A DNA stretch of 64,000 nucleotides from Octopus sinensis. Lineage: Eukaryota. Numbering within the stretch: position 1 is the stretch's first letter; the number at the start of each line of letters is the position of its first letter. A model generated the notes under the pieces. The model was not told the origin of the DNA. It searched no databases and worked only from the letters and a program-made list of their open reading frames with translations. Location of the stretch: contig NC_043014.1 in NCBI RefSeq assembly GCF_006345805.1, positions 50,530,001 to 50,594,000 on the forward strand, in the 5' to 3' direction. Position numbers and translations under genes: made by a program. Shown here one piece after another: positions 11,997 to 26,988 of this stretch.

Positions 11997-14900
11997 CAAG
12001 TACTTCGATTTTCTTCAGTACTTCCAAGGTGACCTCTTCTTTTTACCTTACAGAAAACCATGTTTGGATCTACATGATCAATGTACAATTTCTGGTTTCA
12101 ATCTCAATTATCTTCTTGAACATATCGCAAAGTTTATAGAATATCAATCGTTTGGCTGCTTAACCTAAGGCTGCGCTAGAAATCAACTTATGATTTTTCG
12201 CTTTCTAATAGTCGAATTATTAATCTTTTTTAAGATGGAAGGAGTGGTGACGTTATTGATAATACAAACACAACGATGTTCCCTACGAAATATTTCATTG
12301 CCTTAGTCTTTCTAGAATGTTGGCTATAATTATAATTAAAGTGATTGGCAACGTACCCGTTGCTCTGTATTATCCAAAAATATTCTATGGCTTTACTATT
12401 AAATGTCTATTTGACATATCTGCTTCTAAACATCCGAAAACATGGAGTCTTGACTAGGAGATTACCCAGAAGCCATCATATTGCAACAAACTCTATACTA
12501 AGTTTCAGTCTAAATCTCTGCCGTAGTATCATAGACCTTTGAGTCACTGATTACTCATACTTGTTAATTGACGAGTCGACCATCAGAAAGGGTTCCCTTC
12601 ACATTTTGACACATTTCTGACACATTTTGGACACATTTTTGTCAGCCGGCAGTTCCATATCATTCATGAGCGTTAAAACCAAACCCCTGTAGTTTATCAT
12701 ATTTTTTGATAGCCTCCATAGGAAATATTCAGTGTTTGGTGCTGAATGCATCTCTATTGATTTTGCGCCATCTATCTCTCTTTAATAATATTCAAATAAT
12801 ATTTTTTATTCAGATTTTATTAGCTTAAAATGTTCTCTTCCTTCCTTGGCGTTTACTCTCACATATCCATTCTATTGTGTGTCATGCAATTTATCTAACA
12901 CAACTTTTCTGTGTCTTACTGCGAGGTAATTCATATATTTCAAAGAAAATACAATCCACTGCTTCTTTAAGACATCTCGAAGAGTCTTCGCTGTTTCCAA
13001 CAATATTGACATTTCACACATTTGCACCCAATTTATCTCAGATCTCTCACGTTTCTTATCCTCAGCATTCAGCGAATTGACATTTATGCATCTCGCAGTT
13101 TGATATTTTGACGTTGTGTTTTAACAAAATTCTAAGAGGTAATGTGCTACACTACTATAAGAGATCCGATAACCAACAAGGAGTAAGGATTGAAAGCAGG
13201 AAAATGCTATCTCTTTATTCAAGATTAAGTGGTTGGTGACTTAAATGCCAATACTTGAATTAAAACGAGTCGTATTATGGCCGTTGGGTCCCTGGTTGGT
13301 TGATCTGTTGTAACAGTCCAGCAGAGTGTAGGTATCAAGAACCGTAAGGGAATTGTGTATGCTGTCTTTTATTATGAAGCTTTATGTTACAAATATACTA
13401 TACCGATATACTAAATCGATACAAAGATAGGACACTACAGGTCAAAGCACAATTACAGAAAAAGTTATGTATAGTTCGTATGATATTTAAAAATTTAGGA
13501 TAATAAATATAACATTAGATTTTAAATTTATCCTTTTTTTAGGATAAATATCCTTTTTTTAGGAAAACAAATCTCCTTTTTTTAGAAAAATAAATAAAAC
13601 AGTACAGAGTTTGACCCGGCAGCCTGAAAGGCCCAGCAACTATTTTCTTCTTTCATTGATGATTAAGCTTGGTTACTCACACCCATCTTTCTCATCACAT
13701 CCTTCCAACGTTTCGACGTGTAATGCAGGTTTTGAAGCATATAAGCCGCCATATTTCACAATTTGTCATAATCTGACAACGTTATTGAATAAACGTAAGA
13801 CATTCTTTTTGTATAATTTACGTCATACCATTTAAAACGCCTCTAATGACAAGTTCGTACTACTTGGAGAGTTTGTATCGATTTTTATGATCATAATAAA
13901 GAATAATGCCATCATTATTATTTAGTGAAAGTAATGTTGTTTAGCAATTGTAGTCATTATTGGAATCCCTTAGCTGTACCATTGACCCTGATTTCTTACG
14001 TGCATTTCTAATGAAACGATATAACCTCGTCCAATTTCTTCTCCTTTATTTTATTAAATTTGCCATAAAGGCAGTACATAGAGTAAGGTAGCTTGCGGGT
14101 TGGACACGAACATTAATGAAATGAATGATAATGATGCAAGAATGATAAGGATGGGAGAAGACGAAAAGCGCCCGCCGACTTTTGCTTCTCTAAAACATTG
14201 ATCTTTTTAAAAACGCTGAATGAGGTATTAACCCTCTCACAATTTTATTCCACCACATAAGATCAAGTTTCACTAAGAGCGGCTGTATCAAAGCTGTATG
14301 CGTATAATGTCTTCCCGACAAAATCTATCTTCATCTGTTCCTCAATACACACACACAGACACACACACAGAGCATCTTCAACAAGATTTCAAACATTTCT
14401 AGATGTATATAATATATGCACCAATGTATACATGTGGCAATGTATATATGTACACATGCAGATGTGTGTGTATAAGGAAAATATGACCGCATGATTGGGA
14501 GGCGCAAATTAGCCCGTGGTCGCGGGTTTGAACCTATTCAAGATAACTTCATCTCCATCTGTCCCAACCACTTGCTCCCATAAACACAGACAGAAATACA
14601 CACATATTCCTACTGTGGTGAGGTCTATCCCTTTCAAACATAATCTGGCAGTATCCACGTTTACAATGTCGATTATTTCAAGGTCCTGCATTTTATTCCT
14701 AGATACATTTTGACTTCTGGCCAGATTCAATCCGTTTCTGGATCGATCATTTCTCATCTTAATATATTTGCAGATACCCAACTCAAGGAAAAAATAAAAA
14801 AAACATGGCGAATTATTCTATGAGTACGCGAGAACATCTCAAGATATACTGGATTACATATTAGAAATAAAGAGCAACTGGTATCACTTAGTTCCACACA

Positions 14901-15981
14901 AAATCTATCCCTCAATCTCATATACACACTCATGTACAGGGCTGCATAGGTATAAGGGAATTTATATATCTATATATGTGACGCTCTTACATTTTGTCGT
15001 CCGGTGTGTGTATGTATGACACATACTTGTATGTGTGTGTGTATATATATCTATATACACATACATACACACACACACACACACATATATATACATATAT
15101 ATGCAAACATATATACACACATATATATATATATATATATATATGAGCGCCATACTAATACAATTGTTTGTTTGTACTCCACCTGCATTCGTCTTTTGTT
15201 TATTTTCATAAAGCTTCCCGTTATATATATATACACATATAGAAATATACATGCTGTGATGTATATATATATACATATATAATATATATATATACATATA
15301 CACATATATATTTTTTTATGCATATACATAAATATGAATATATATGTATACATGAATGCATGTATGTGTACACAATTGCGATTTGAAGAATTCATTTTCA
15401 TAATTTAAAGCATTTAAAGTCACAAAGCGGTATACATCGAATTTAATTTGATTCCTTATTAGACGGAATATAAATACATTGTAAAATGTCAAACTGCTTA
15501 GTTGCACTCATGTTGCCTTGTCGCGGGGCCAATTGCAGTGCATCGCCATGGAATTGCTTGTGTGGACTAGATACATTAAAACGTAAGATTTGCGAATAAA
15601 TAAACGAAATCCCAGAAATGAACGTAAAAAATTTGCTCTTTATTATGACAAACAAGACTTCCTAACTATATAATTATACACACTTCTATGCACATATATA
15701 TTTATAGAAGGATATATATATATATAAAGACATAGAGATATACACATATATTTAAGTATATATATGTTTATGTATATATATATATATATATATACATAAT
15801 TGAGAACATAATCTTTTGTGGAGAATGGCGATTTGACGTCTATATTTAGCATGTTGACTGTCCACTTTTCGTGTTCAGTCCTTAATTGGTATATATAAAT
15901 ATTTTAATCATCGGATTCTTTTTTAATATGCTAGACTACAGGTTTTAATTGATAAATATCAATTTCTACCCATAATTAATT

Positions 15982-16032
<51 letters not shown>

Positions 16033-16096
16033 TAGATAGATAGATATCTATATATCTATATCTATCTATCTATCTAACTATCTATCTGTCTATCTG

Positions 16097-16129
<33 letters not shown>

Positions 16130-16130
16130 A

Positions 16131-16165
<35 letters not shown>

Positions 16166-16183
16166 ATATATATATATCTATAT

Positions 16184-16215
<32 letters not shown>

Positions 16216-17004
16216 GAAGAGAGAGAGAGGGGGGGGGGTTAGACAGATAGATATAAGAGCACGTTCGCATGTGTATACATGCATATCTGTATATGTTAGT
16301 GCATGTGATTGCAAGTATACGTGTGCATAGTGGATAATCGCCATTTTAATTCAACAAATTTATTGAAAGTAGCGTTTATTGCATTTTAATGTAAAATGTT
16401 AAATATTAAATTCTAAACGAAGCATCTTCATTCTTCTCTCATACTGTGTGACCTGATGATATAACGGAATAAATTATGAAGAATACGACAGAATTTGGAT
16501 TACAGAATATACTTTCTACATTTAATTATCGCACATTTTTACATATTTCATGGCCTGTTTTAATAATGTATATTATAGGAGAATTTTTGATCTGTTTATT
16601 TCAGCATATATGTAACAAATGAAATTGCTTGAATTTACATGATATATACCAATATTCCTGCTCTTGCTAGTCTTTTAAATATTACTCTTTGGCAACGTCA
16701 CTGTGGCGTTAAATAGTGTCGTTTCGATTTCAATCCCGATACGCGGTGTATTGTTTATAACGGAGTGAAAGCTTAACGGCTTTATATCCTCGACCGACCA
16801 ATAACTTTTGCGTCCAGTGTATCAAGCGATATATATGCTTACCGTCTTCATCGTTTTGGATGTTTATATATATAGACGTGCGTATATATATATATATATC
16901 TATATACGCACGCACATACACACATATATATATATATACATATATATATATGTCTCTGTGTGTCTCAGTCTGTATACATATACGTGTGTGTGCGTGTATG
17001 TGTA

Positions 17005-17064
<60 letters not shown>

Positions 17065-17066
<2 letters not shown>

Positions 17067-17069
17067 GAT

Positions 17070-17120
<51 letters not shown>

Positions 17121-17320
17121 TACATACACAGACAGATAGACACACGCAAAGACAGCAAAGACATGTATTATATACTAATATTTATATATATATATATATA
17201 TATATATAAGAAATATTGAATTTCTAAATCTCTCGTAGAGACATGTACGGTGGTGGGGCGATAGAATGGTTGTATACTGTCAATCTAACAAGAACGTGAC
17301 AGTAGGGGGTACAACCATTC

Positions 17321-17359
<39 letters not shown>

Positions 17360-17409
17360 GTATATATATATTATATATATATATATATAATATATATATA
17401 TATATAGAT

Positions 17410-17460
<51 letters not shown>

Positions 17461-17515
17461 TACATACACAGACAGATAGACACACGCAAAGACAGCAAAG
17501 ACATGTATTATATAC

Positions 17516-17547
<32 letters not shown>

Positions 17548-17653
17548 AGAAATATTGAATTTCTAAATCTCTCGTAGAGACATGTACGGTGGGGGGCGAT
17601 AGAATGGTTGTATACTGTCAATCTAACAAGAACGTGACAGTAGGGGGTACAAC

Positions 17654-17661
<8 letters not shown>
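17065..17661. repeat. Near-identical tandem duplication, period ~340 bp
   Basis: Unique segment 17121-17323 is repeated at 17461-17661 and embedded in (GATA)n/(TA)n; may be an assembly artefact. Confidence 0.85.
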
Positions 17662-17743
<82 letters not shown>

Positions 17744-18323
17744 ATATGTGGTTATACACATATATACATATATGTGTGTGTATGTGTGTGTAATCCATTA
17801 AAGCATATATTTCCACCGCTTCTCCGGGTATCCATTCCGCTGTAATCGCAAATTGATATGATTGTCTTTTAGTGCATCAATAATTCCTGATCGATTAACG
17901 TAGCTAACTGTCATATCAGATGACAACTCTTGGAAACAATAATTTATGAATTATGAACAACAACAACAACAACAACAAAAAGAAGAAACTGATGACATAT
18001 GAGGTAGACATTATTCTGTTCAGCTTCCAAATTTAACATGTTTCAATTTAGTTTTTTTCTTTCCCAAGCTGGATGTAAAAGGCGTCTTGACATTTAACCG
18101 TTTTCTTATCATAGTTCTTCGGAAATGTAACTGCATTTGATGCGAGAAATTTTGAAAATGATTTGTAGTGCATTAAAATAACTTGGTCTTTCTTCAAGAT
18201 GATGTTTGGAACCTCCCTCCCCCGACATTTGTGGATCCTTCCGTGTTATATATTTCTTCTCGAATCTTATTTTTTTTCTTTGATATCTATATTTAATTAT
18301 TTACATATATATCTAAACTTTGT

Positions 18324-18572
18324 GGAGGCGCGTGGCTTAATGGTTAAGGTGTCAGCACCATGATCGTAAGATTGTGGTTTCGATTCCTGGACCGGGCGAC
18401 GCGTTGTGTTCTTGAGCAAAACACTTCATTTCACGTTGCTCCAGTCCACTCAGCTGGCAAAAATGAGTAACGCTGCGATGGACTGGCGTCCCGTCCAGTT
18501 GGGGAACACATACGCCATTGAAACCGGAAAACCTGGCCCATGAATCTGGCTAGGCTTTAAAAGGGCGCATTT
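18324..18572 (+). mobile_element. SINE family 3 (tRNA head, CORE-like ttgagcaaaacacttc)
   Basis: Head ggaggcgcgtggcttaatggttaagg ... gtttcgattcc; close copy at 42120-42360, diverged copies at 24113, 36397, 44572 and 53445. Confidence 0.8.
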
Positions 18573-18829
18573 ATTATTATTTATTTATTGGAACCTAAAT
18601 TCCCATTTAAGTTTGATCGCTTTTAATGCCGGTCACTTTAAAGCGAGGATTCTATCAGAGTCCAAACGTGGTCGCTGGCAGGGTGGCTGAAATCATTTAT
18701 TATCTTATACACAAGAAGCACCAGTAGTACTAATGTTATTACAATAAGTAGGTTTATCAGTTTCGGCAACGAAGTCCCTCGTCCTCTATATAATAAATAG
18801 CAACCAAATGCGCATCATATAGCATTATA

Positions 18830-19126
18830 TCTTTATATATAAAAGTGAAGTTGTGTGTCTGTCTCCTACGATTTAGATTCCTAACTACTCCCACATTCTG
18901 CGGTGCAGTTTAACCAAAGCCGGGTATCTTATAGTCGTGATTCATATCGAGCCCTTCTGGGTATTAGCGCGCGTCTACGATGAGTCTACGATTTGAAAAA
19001 AAATTACCATCATTTTTTTCCATTTTTAATGCATTTTTGGGGGCTATTTTTTGGCTATAACTCTCTAAAAATGCTTATATAGTTATTTCCCTTACAAACC
19101 CGAGCAACGCCGGGCGATACTGCTAG
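18830..19126 (+). mobile_element. Non-autonomous Helitron
   Basis: Inserted between A and T; starts TC, ends CTAG; subterminal GC-rich hairpin CCCGAGCAACGCCGGG; second copy at 21390. Confidence 0.85.
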
Positions 19127-19482
19127 TTATTTTTAAAGAAAGAAGAACATGCTGGACACTGTCTTCTGGAATTTATTCGACAAGCAATATAGAGAAACTA
19201 TGGACTGTTTGAGAAGGTATTAAAGGAGGGGTAATTGTAAATTGAACATGTTCCATCGTATATATATATATATATATATATAAATGTGTGTGTAGTATAT
19301 ATGTGTGTTAACTCATTCAACTGAGGGTCCAGGGTGGGACTCCAATTTGACATATTACTTCACCTCTACTATTTATTCTGTCATATATTTCAGAAAACCG
19401 CTTGATCATAGGAGCATAAAGAAATCACCTCAAGTCATGCTGTTGGCAACAAACTACACAGGCACACACCCACGCGCATTTT

Positions 19483-19539
<57 letters not shown>

Positions 19540-19737
19540 CTGCGTGTGTGTGTGTGCGTGCGTATACGCTGAACGATAACGAGTTTTAGCACAGTTTCCG
19601 TCCGATAAATTCCCTAATAAGACAGTAGTCGACCAGGGTTTTAATATAGATGTTTCTTCCTCGAGGTGCCGCGTAATCACATTGTAGCCCGAAACCACAT
19701 AGTTTTGAAGCAAATTTGTTAAATATTCAGCTTTGCC

Positions 19738-19785
<48 letters not shown>

Positions 19786-19917
19786 TATATCTAAAGATAT
19801 ATGTAAATGTATATTTTTGTATATATATATATCATTATTGTTGTTATTATTCAATTTTATTAAAGTATAATATTATTGTGTGTTTGAGTGAGGGTATATA
19901 TATATATATATATGAGC

Positions 19918-19951
<34 letters not shown>

Positions 19952-21389
19952 GTGTATTTATGTATGTATGTCATTATTGTTATTATTATTCAATTTTATT
20001 AAAATATAATCTTATTATTACTACACACACACACACACACATATATATATTTATCGGCATAGCTTTAGAGGCTCTCTCTCCTTTCCTCCTTGTCAATAAT
20101 GTTTAACACAAAACTAAATAAATTTTGCTAGAGAATATGTTTGGCGTTCTTCTACTAATATTCTTTGATGACAAATATGTTTTCAAAATTTTAATTCAAA
20201 CTAGTCATTCAAACGAGCCATTTTAAATATTTATTTGCACGGCACTGGTTTTGTAATAGAAATGTAAATGTTAAAATACAAGTAAAATTGTTTAGTATAA
20301 TAAACCAGCAAGGGCGCCTATAAAAATTATTTCAAAGCATTATTTATCTAGTAAGATTAATAAGAATTTAAGATCAAACCCTTTGAAAGCTTTGTTACAA
20401 AACAATAAATCACTCGGGAACGAGGAAAAGCACAACTTTCCTTTCTCAAATCTTTAATCTAATTCGACATACTGCTAAATTGTCTTCGTTTATGTGTGTT
20501 TCTGTTGAGGAGCGGAAAAAATGACAGCTGAGTAAACGAGAATAGAAATCTGACATCATTCATACTCAGGTATTAGAAGAAAAATCGACCAAATAATAGA
20601 TAATATGTACGACCACAACGACAACAACAACAACAACAAGAATAACGACAACGGAAACAATAATCTCTTCAGATTCTTGCTGGAGATGAAAAAGATCATT
20701 GATGTTCAGGTTAGAATCAACAGATCGATATTAAAAGATAAAACGCTCATAAGATTTCTTTACAGAGAATATTTGGCGAAATAGTTCAGAGCGGAGACTG
20801 GCGAGACAGTTGGATAATGATTTTATGAATTTAGACATAAGAAGAAGAGCAAAGAACTTAACTTTTTGGAGGCCTTACCACCAAGGGAAAGGAAAGGGGA
20901 TATCTTTTACTATGGTTCCCATTCTAGTAGCCGAAGGAACATCACAAATGATACGTCGAGATCGTGGTTTTGAATTGTGCGACGGATTTACGCCAAAGTA
21001 CAGCGCTTGCCACACAAAAGGCACCTAAGAGGCGGGTGGTGGTGTGAATCCGTGCAGAAATCAAGTCAAGAAAATAAGAATTGGTAATACAATGTATGCT
21101 TATTTGAAACTCGATGTATACTTTAAAACCTTCACTTCATTGTGAGTGTATTGGGGAAAAAAAGGGTAGAGGGGTCAACATTTACAGCAAGGCCTCCCTC
21201 TTTGATATCTGCTATGTCGGAAACACAACTATGGGTTTTGATTTATGTTTAAATAAGGAACTGCATCAATTGAAACTATTCATTGCAGTAACACCTCCAG
21301 TGCTGGCCTCAAAAATGCTTTCAGTTAGACGATGGAATATTATTAGATTATACAATTCAAATCGAAAATTATGTGAAGAGAAGACGTTA

Positions 21390-21693
21390 TCTTTACATAT
21401 AAAACTGAAGTTGTGTGTGTGTCTGTCTCCTCCGATTTAGATTCCTAACTACTACCACATTTTGGGGTGCAGTTTAACCAAAAGCGGGTATCTTATAGTC
21501 GTGATTCATATCGAGCCCTTCGGGGTATTAGCACGCGTCTACGATGAGTCTACGATGATAAAAAAATTTACCATCATTTTTTCGGATTTTTAATGCATTT
21601 TTTGCCCGGTTTATATAAGGGAAGTAACTCTCTAAAAATGCTTATATAGTTATTTCCCTTACAAACCCGAGCAACGCCGGGCGATACTGCTAG
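21390..21693 (+). mobile_element. Non-autonomous Helitron, second copy
   Basis: A|TCTTTAC ... CCCGAGCAACGCCGGGCGATACTGCTAG|T; highly similar to 18830-19126. Confidence 0.85.
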
Positions 21694-21837
21694 TTAATCA
21701 TGAAATTTCAAACAGGTTTGTATCCGAATGGAAGCAAGTCACTGTTGTACTTTACACATTGAAATACTCAATGGCCTTCAAGAAACGATATAACTGAACA
21801 AATGTTTGAGATTAGAGACGAGTTCAAGTTATAAATG

Positions 21838-22005
21838 TGTTGTGTGGACGCCCCTAGAAGATGAAGTAGGCTAGCCCTATACGTAGATATAGAGGGAGGA
21901 GTCTAGACGTCAGAGTTGAGTAGAGGTCATCCGAACGTGCGACATAACAGTGGCGACGAAGATTTCGTAGCTCACACAGCCACTGTGCAGTATTGCGATA
22001 TAACA
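21838..22005 (+). mobile_element. Mini LTR-like element with internal primer-binding site
   Basis: TG...CA termini; flanks AAATG/ACATG (4/5 match, TSD-like); TGGCGACGAAGA at 21951; homologous to 33213-33362. Confidence 0.7.
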
Positions 22006-22278
22006 ACATGTAAGCTTGGAGTGGTCAAAGAACGAGGAAGAAGACATTTTGATCGTTTGGTTGATACTATTTTGTGTAGCTTTTTATAACCAAATCTTTG
22101 GAGACAACGAAAGATTGAAACAATATAAAATCTTTTTAAATGTCTTCTGAAGAAAATGGAAAATTGGAAGTGAAAGACCAATGTCCAATATGTCAGAATG
22201 TTCGGGAAATGACCAAGAATCTTTGTTGCTGGAGGGGAAGAATTCGAACTTCCAAAATTAAAAAAAAAACAAGCAAAA

Positions 22279-22439
22279 CAGGAGTGGCTGTGTGGTAAGT
22301 AGCTTGCTAAACAACCACATGGTTCCAGGTTCAGTCCCACTGCGTGGCATCTTGGGCAAGTGTCTTCTGCTATGGCCCCGGGCCGACCAATGCCTTGTGA
22401 GTGGATTTGGTAGACAGAAACTGAAAGAAGCCTGTCGTA

Positions 22440-22502
<63 letters not shown>

Positions 22503-22715
22503 TTGTGTGTCTGTGTTTGTCCCCCTAGCATTGCTTGACAACCGATGCTGGTGTGTTTACGTCCCCGTCACTTAGCGGTTCGGCAAAAGAGACCGATAGA
22601 ATAAGTACTGGGCTTATAAAAGAATAAGTCCCGGGGTCGATTTGCTCGACTAAAGGTGGTGCTCCAGCATGGCCGCAGTCAAATGACTGAAACAAGTAAA
22701 AGAGTAAAGAGTAAA
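22279..22715 (+). mobile_element. SINE family 1, full length
   Basis: Near-identical to 6334-6752. Confidence 0.85.
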
Positions 22716-23734
22716 ACAAGGCAATTTTTGTCACATTTAATAGCAAAAGAAAATAAATTTTGTCGATTTTTTCTACAATCAATGTTGGAATGATGGATTT
22801 TAATGCTTTTAAATTGTCACTTAAAAACGTTCCAGAATCCTTCTTGAATTAATTCCTGGAGAGTGACACGGAAGCCAGGGAAGTGTTCGATGAAAAATCA
22901 ATCACGGAATTTTGATTCTTGGATTATGCTGCCTGACCAAAAAGTGGTCGAAAATGCTTCCCATGGACTATTTCTATTTATGTCAACATATCTTTACGAA
23001 TCAGGAGCTCTCCAGCTCCGTTTCATATGAAAATAAATATTGCGAAGCAACAAATATGGCTGGAAGATTAAAAATAACATGCAACGCAACGGTTCTAAGG
23101 ATTCTATAGCTTTCCTACGAATTCGTGAAGGGAAAACTACCACTGACTTCATCAGAATGAAATCGATGAAAGCTGAAGATACCAGTATTTCGTTGAATTT
23201 TGCTACATATCAATGAAAACACTCCCTTTGCTTCCGAAAGGAAATCAAGTTCGTTTACCTAATGTATATGTAAGAAGTGTAAAGAAAAATATTTCCTTCT
23301 TTTGAATTGTATCGCAAAAGTAGAATGAATTCAAGATTTGTTAGAATCAGCTCAATAATGCAAACATTATCAATATTGTTTAGTTAATGCATGTGTGTTG
23401 TTGAACGCCAGTAGCTGCGGTTTTTTCATCCGGGTAAGATCACTTTCAAGGTATACAGAGTTAAAAACCACAGTTGACTTCAAAAATCCCCGAAAGTGGA
23501 CGAGGATGGTGGATACTAATATTTTGCAGTATTTGCTACTAATCAATCCCTGATTGACGCACTATACCGGAATCCTATAGGTTTCAGGGAGAAGCAGGAA
23601 GGAATACCTTCTATTAGACAGATTTACTGCTCTCTAGCCTTGCATGCGACCTTAAGCTTATTTTGAGAATATCACCTCCATTTACATTATGGAGTCATGG
23701 AGGTCTGACCTTCCATAAAGTCACTCATGCAACA

Positions 23735-23876
23735 CTTTTACACACACATATCAACTCTGGAACAAAGTTTTCCAAGCCAATTCCAAAGGCTGGCCTGGCT
23801 TTTACACACACATATCAACTCTGGAACAAAGTTTCATCATTTTTTCCCAGCCATTTCCATAGGCTGGCCTGGCTTT
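23735..23876. repeat. Imperfect 64-bp tandem duplication
   Basis: CTTTTACACACACATATCAACTCTGGAACAAAGTTT...AGGCTGGCCTGGCTTT starts at 23735 and at 23799. Confidence 0.8.
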
Positions 23877-24112
23877 CCCGACTGTTGACTGAATTTCTTT
23901 CAAGAATACAATTGTTCGATTTCTCCAAGACAATTGACGTCGATTTGTAGCATCCAGTGTCTTTGTCTGGTTCTAATAAACCATCAACGACCAAATTCTA
24001 GAAGAAAATGTATGAAATGTATTTCGTCCAGCATATTGAGAGCCATTGGATGCAGATAATCTGTTTCACTCGAATAACGATGATGTTTATGGCAATTGTT
24101 ATTGTTGTGGTG

Positions 24113-24425
24113 AAAGAACATGGTGCAGTGGTTAGAGCGTCAAGCTTGCAATCACGGGGAAGAGATTCCGATTCCCGGATCAAGCTGTTGTGTTGTATTC
24201 TTGAGCAAGACACATTATTTCACTTTGATCCAGTTCACTCAGCTGTAGAAACGAGTTGCGACGTCACTGGTGCCAAGCTGAGTCGTCGTTTGCCTTTCCT
24301 TTGGATAACATCGCTGGTATGGAGAGGGGTGGCTGCATGGGCGACTGTTGGTCATGCCTAGACTTGTGCCTCGGAGAGGAACTTTCTTGGTGCAAACCCA
24401 TGGTCATTCATGACTGAGGGAGGGG
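24113..24425 (+). mobile_element. SINE family 3, diverged
   Basis: tggtgcagtggttagagcg head, ttcttgagcaagacac and ccagttcactcagctg core; boundaries approximate. Confidence 0.65.
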
Positions 24426-25427
24426 ACTTCACACTTTAACTTTTGTTGGTTTAGCCCGAAGTCAGTCCTGACTGAACAGATCGTTGAAAAAGTACATTCC
24501 AGCCGTGATCATCTTGTCTTTTGCCTTGTGTGCAGTGTGGTGCTGGTTTGTCGTGAATCAATGAATCCTTTATGCAAAACGTCCTTTCGCAAGAGAATAC
24601 TGGTGGAACATAGGAGACGACTGGCTGCTACTTCTAGTATAACGGACGTCCACATAGTGACACATTCTTTCAGCACAAATATTTACATGTGTTTGCTTTG
24701 GAGTAACACCACCAACAACTGTAGTATTGGTGGTGGTGGTGATGGTGGTAGTGGTGGTGGTGATGGTGGTGATGGTGGTGGTAGTGGTGGTGGTAGTAGT
24801 AGCAGCACAGCCACCAGCACTGGTATTAGCAGCAATAATCTTGTCTTTTCGCTTCTCATAGAATAATAATAAGCATCTGTTAGTGATTTAAAGCCATTTA
24901 AGAGTAAAATATCAAGTGTAACAGAGAGATGGCGGTAGGAGGAAGAGGGGGAGGGGAAAGAGAAAGAGGAGTGGCGAGAGGAGGAGAAAAGAAGAGCCAG
25001 AGAAAAGGGTGAAGAGAGAAAGAGAGAAAGGCACAGAGAGGGGGAGAGAGGACGGAGATAACATGTGCTGGGGAGGTGAGTACGTGTATAGGCATGTACA
25101 CACACACACCCATATATATATACATACACACGCATATATATATATGTATATATATGTATATATATGTATGTATGTATGTATATATATATATATAGATATA
25201 TGTATATATATGTGTGTATATATATGTATATATATATATATATGTAGATATATGTAGATATATTTGTGTATATATATGTATATATATATATATATGTATG
25301 TATGTATATATAAAATATATAAAAGCGTAAAATTAGTGAAAACGAGACAGGGACATTTTCCACATCAATTCCACCTGTCCATCTATATCTCTCTCTCTCT
25401 TTCTCTCTTTCTCACTCTCTCTCTATT

Positions 25428-25463
<36 letters not shown>

Positions 25464-25735
25464 CTCTCTCTCTCTCTCTTGTGTTCACTCTGTAATACTG
25501 AAGACATAGAAATAACTTTCATCAGTGTACCCGACCTGCCATTTTATTGTCAGACCCCGAAATTCCCATTTGCCATGCGCTGTCTGCATCTAACCGAGCG
25601 TATGTATGAGCATGTGCGCATGTGCACGTATGTGTATGTGTAAGTGTGTGTATGTGCAATAGATTGGATGTATGTGTGCATGTATATAAATATACATTAT
25701 ATGTATATATATACATATATATATATATACTATAC

Positions 25736-25784
<49 letters not shown>

Positions 25785-25996
25785 TATTAATAATGTATAC
25801 GTATATACCATATGTTTAGATACACATGCATACATGCATGTGTATGCATGTGTGCTTGTATATATATATATATGTATATATATATATACGCACGCTCACA
25901 CACATACACACATAGACACACATATGCACACACACACGTATATATATATATATAATTATATAATAAATATGTGTATGAGCATGTTTGAATGTATAT

Positions 25997-26030
<34 letters not shown>

Positions 26031-26057
26031 CATATATACATATATATATATACATAT

Positions 26058-26090
<33 letters not shown>

Positions 26091-26957
26091 TGCAGACTGA
26101 TGTATCGGCTTCTTGATCAATTTCTCCTTTTCTTTCCCCTCCCTCAATATCACACTCCGTTTCTTTCTCTCTCTCTCTCTCTCTCTCTCGCTCCATCTCC
26201 TCACACACACACACACACACATAAAGCCACACACACAAGCACACATAGAAGCACACACAAGCACACCCATTCACACCGACACTCCCAACACACAAGGCGT
26301 ACACACCGAACACTCTACACTGTAATGCAAGCAAGAATAGATATAAGTTCAATTTATTATCACTATCTTATTGATTTTCCAGCAATCAGGTGACGATATG
26401 CCAGTCATTGATGACTACAGTTCCTTTACAAACCACTAACCTTTATCGAAACGTATTCACTACCAAACAACCTGAAATCACCTCAATGAATTTTAGACAT
26501 TTCCAATGTAATTTCGAAAATGGAAGAAAAGGAGCTATCACTATTTTTCTCCTTCGCAGTGTCTCTCTCTCTCTCTCTATCTCTATCTCTATCTATCTAT
26601 CTATCACATCCTCTCTTTTCTGTCTTTCATTTCATCTAGCTCTTTTTAGTCCTCTATATCTGATAATATATCTCATCTCTCTCCCTGTCGCTCAGAATCT
26701 ATCAACTCTACCTCTTCATACATCCACGTACCTCACACAGTCTGCAGTCGTCTCTCTTTCTTCTCTCGTACTCTCTCTATCTTTCTATTCAGGTCTTTCA
26801 TCTTTTCTGTTTCTAGCTTTTCCTACCCTCTTTTCCAGCTCTCTTTCTTTCTCCGTTTATCTCTGATATCATTCACTATCCTCTCTCTCTCTATCTATCT
26901 ATCTATCACAGTTTAGCTCAATTTACATCCACATAGATCTCTATGTTTGCATCTTAC

Positions 26958-26988
<31 letters not shown>

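Noticed and set aside
12596-13590. Short tandem runs (GACACATTTTG x4 near 12600; TCCTTTTTTTAGGA x3 near 13540)
   Set aside because: Ordinary slippage products with no higher structure.
18650-18810. Minus-strand TM-like peptide (LINLLIVITLVLLVLLVYKII) as a possible exon, with similar candidates at ~14090-14200 and 14610-14790
   Set aside because: No start codon, weak splice sites and no recognisable family; T-rich strands give hydrophobic translations by chance.
23600-23950. Possible CR1/Jockey-like C-terminal remnant (QLWNKVSSFFPS)
   Set aside because: The similarity is too short and is confounded by the 64-bp duplication.
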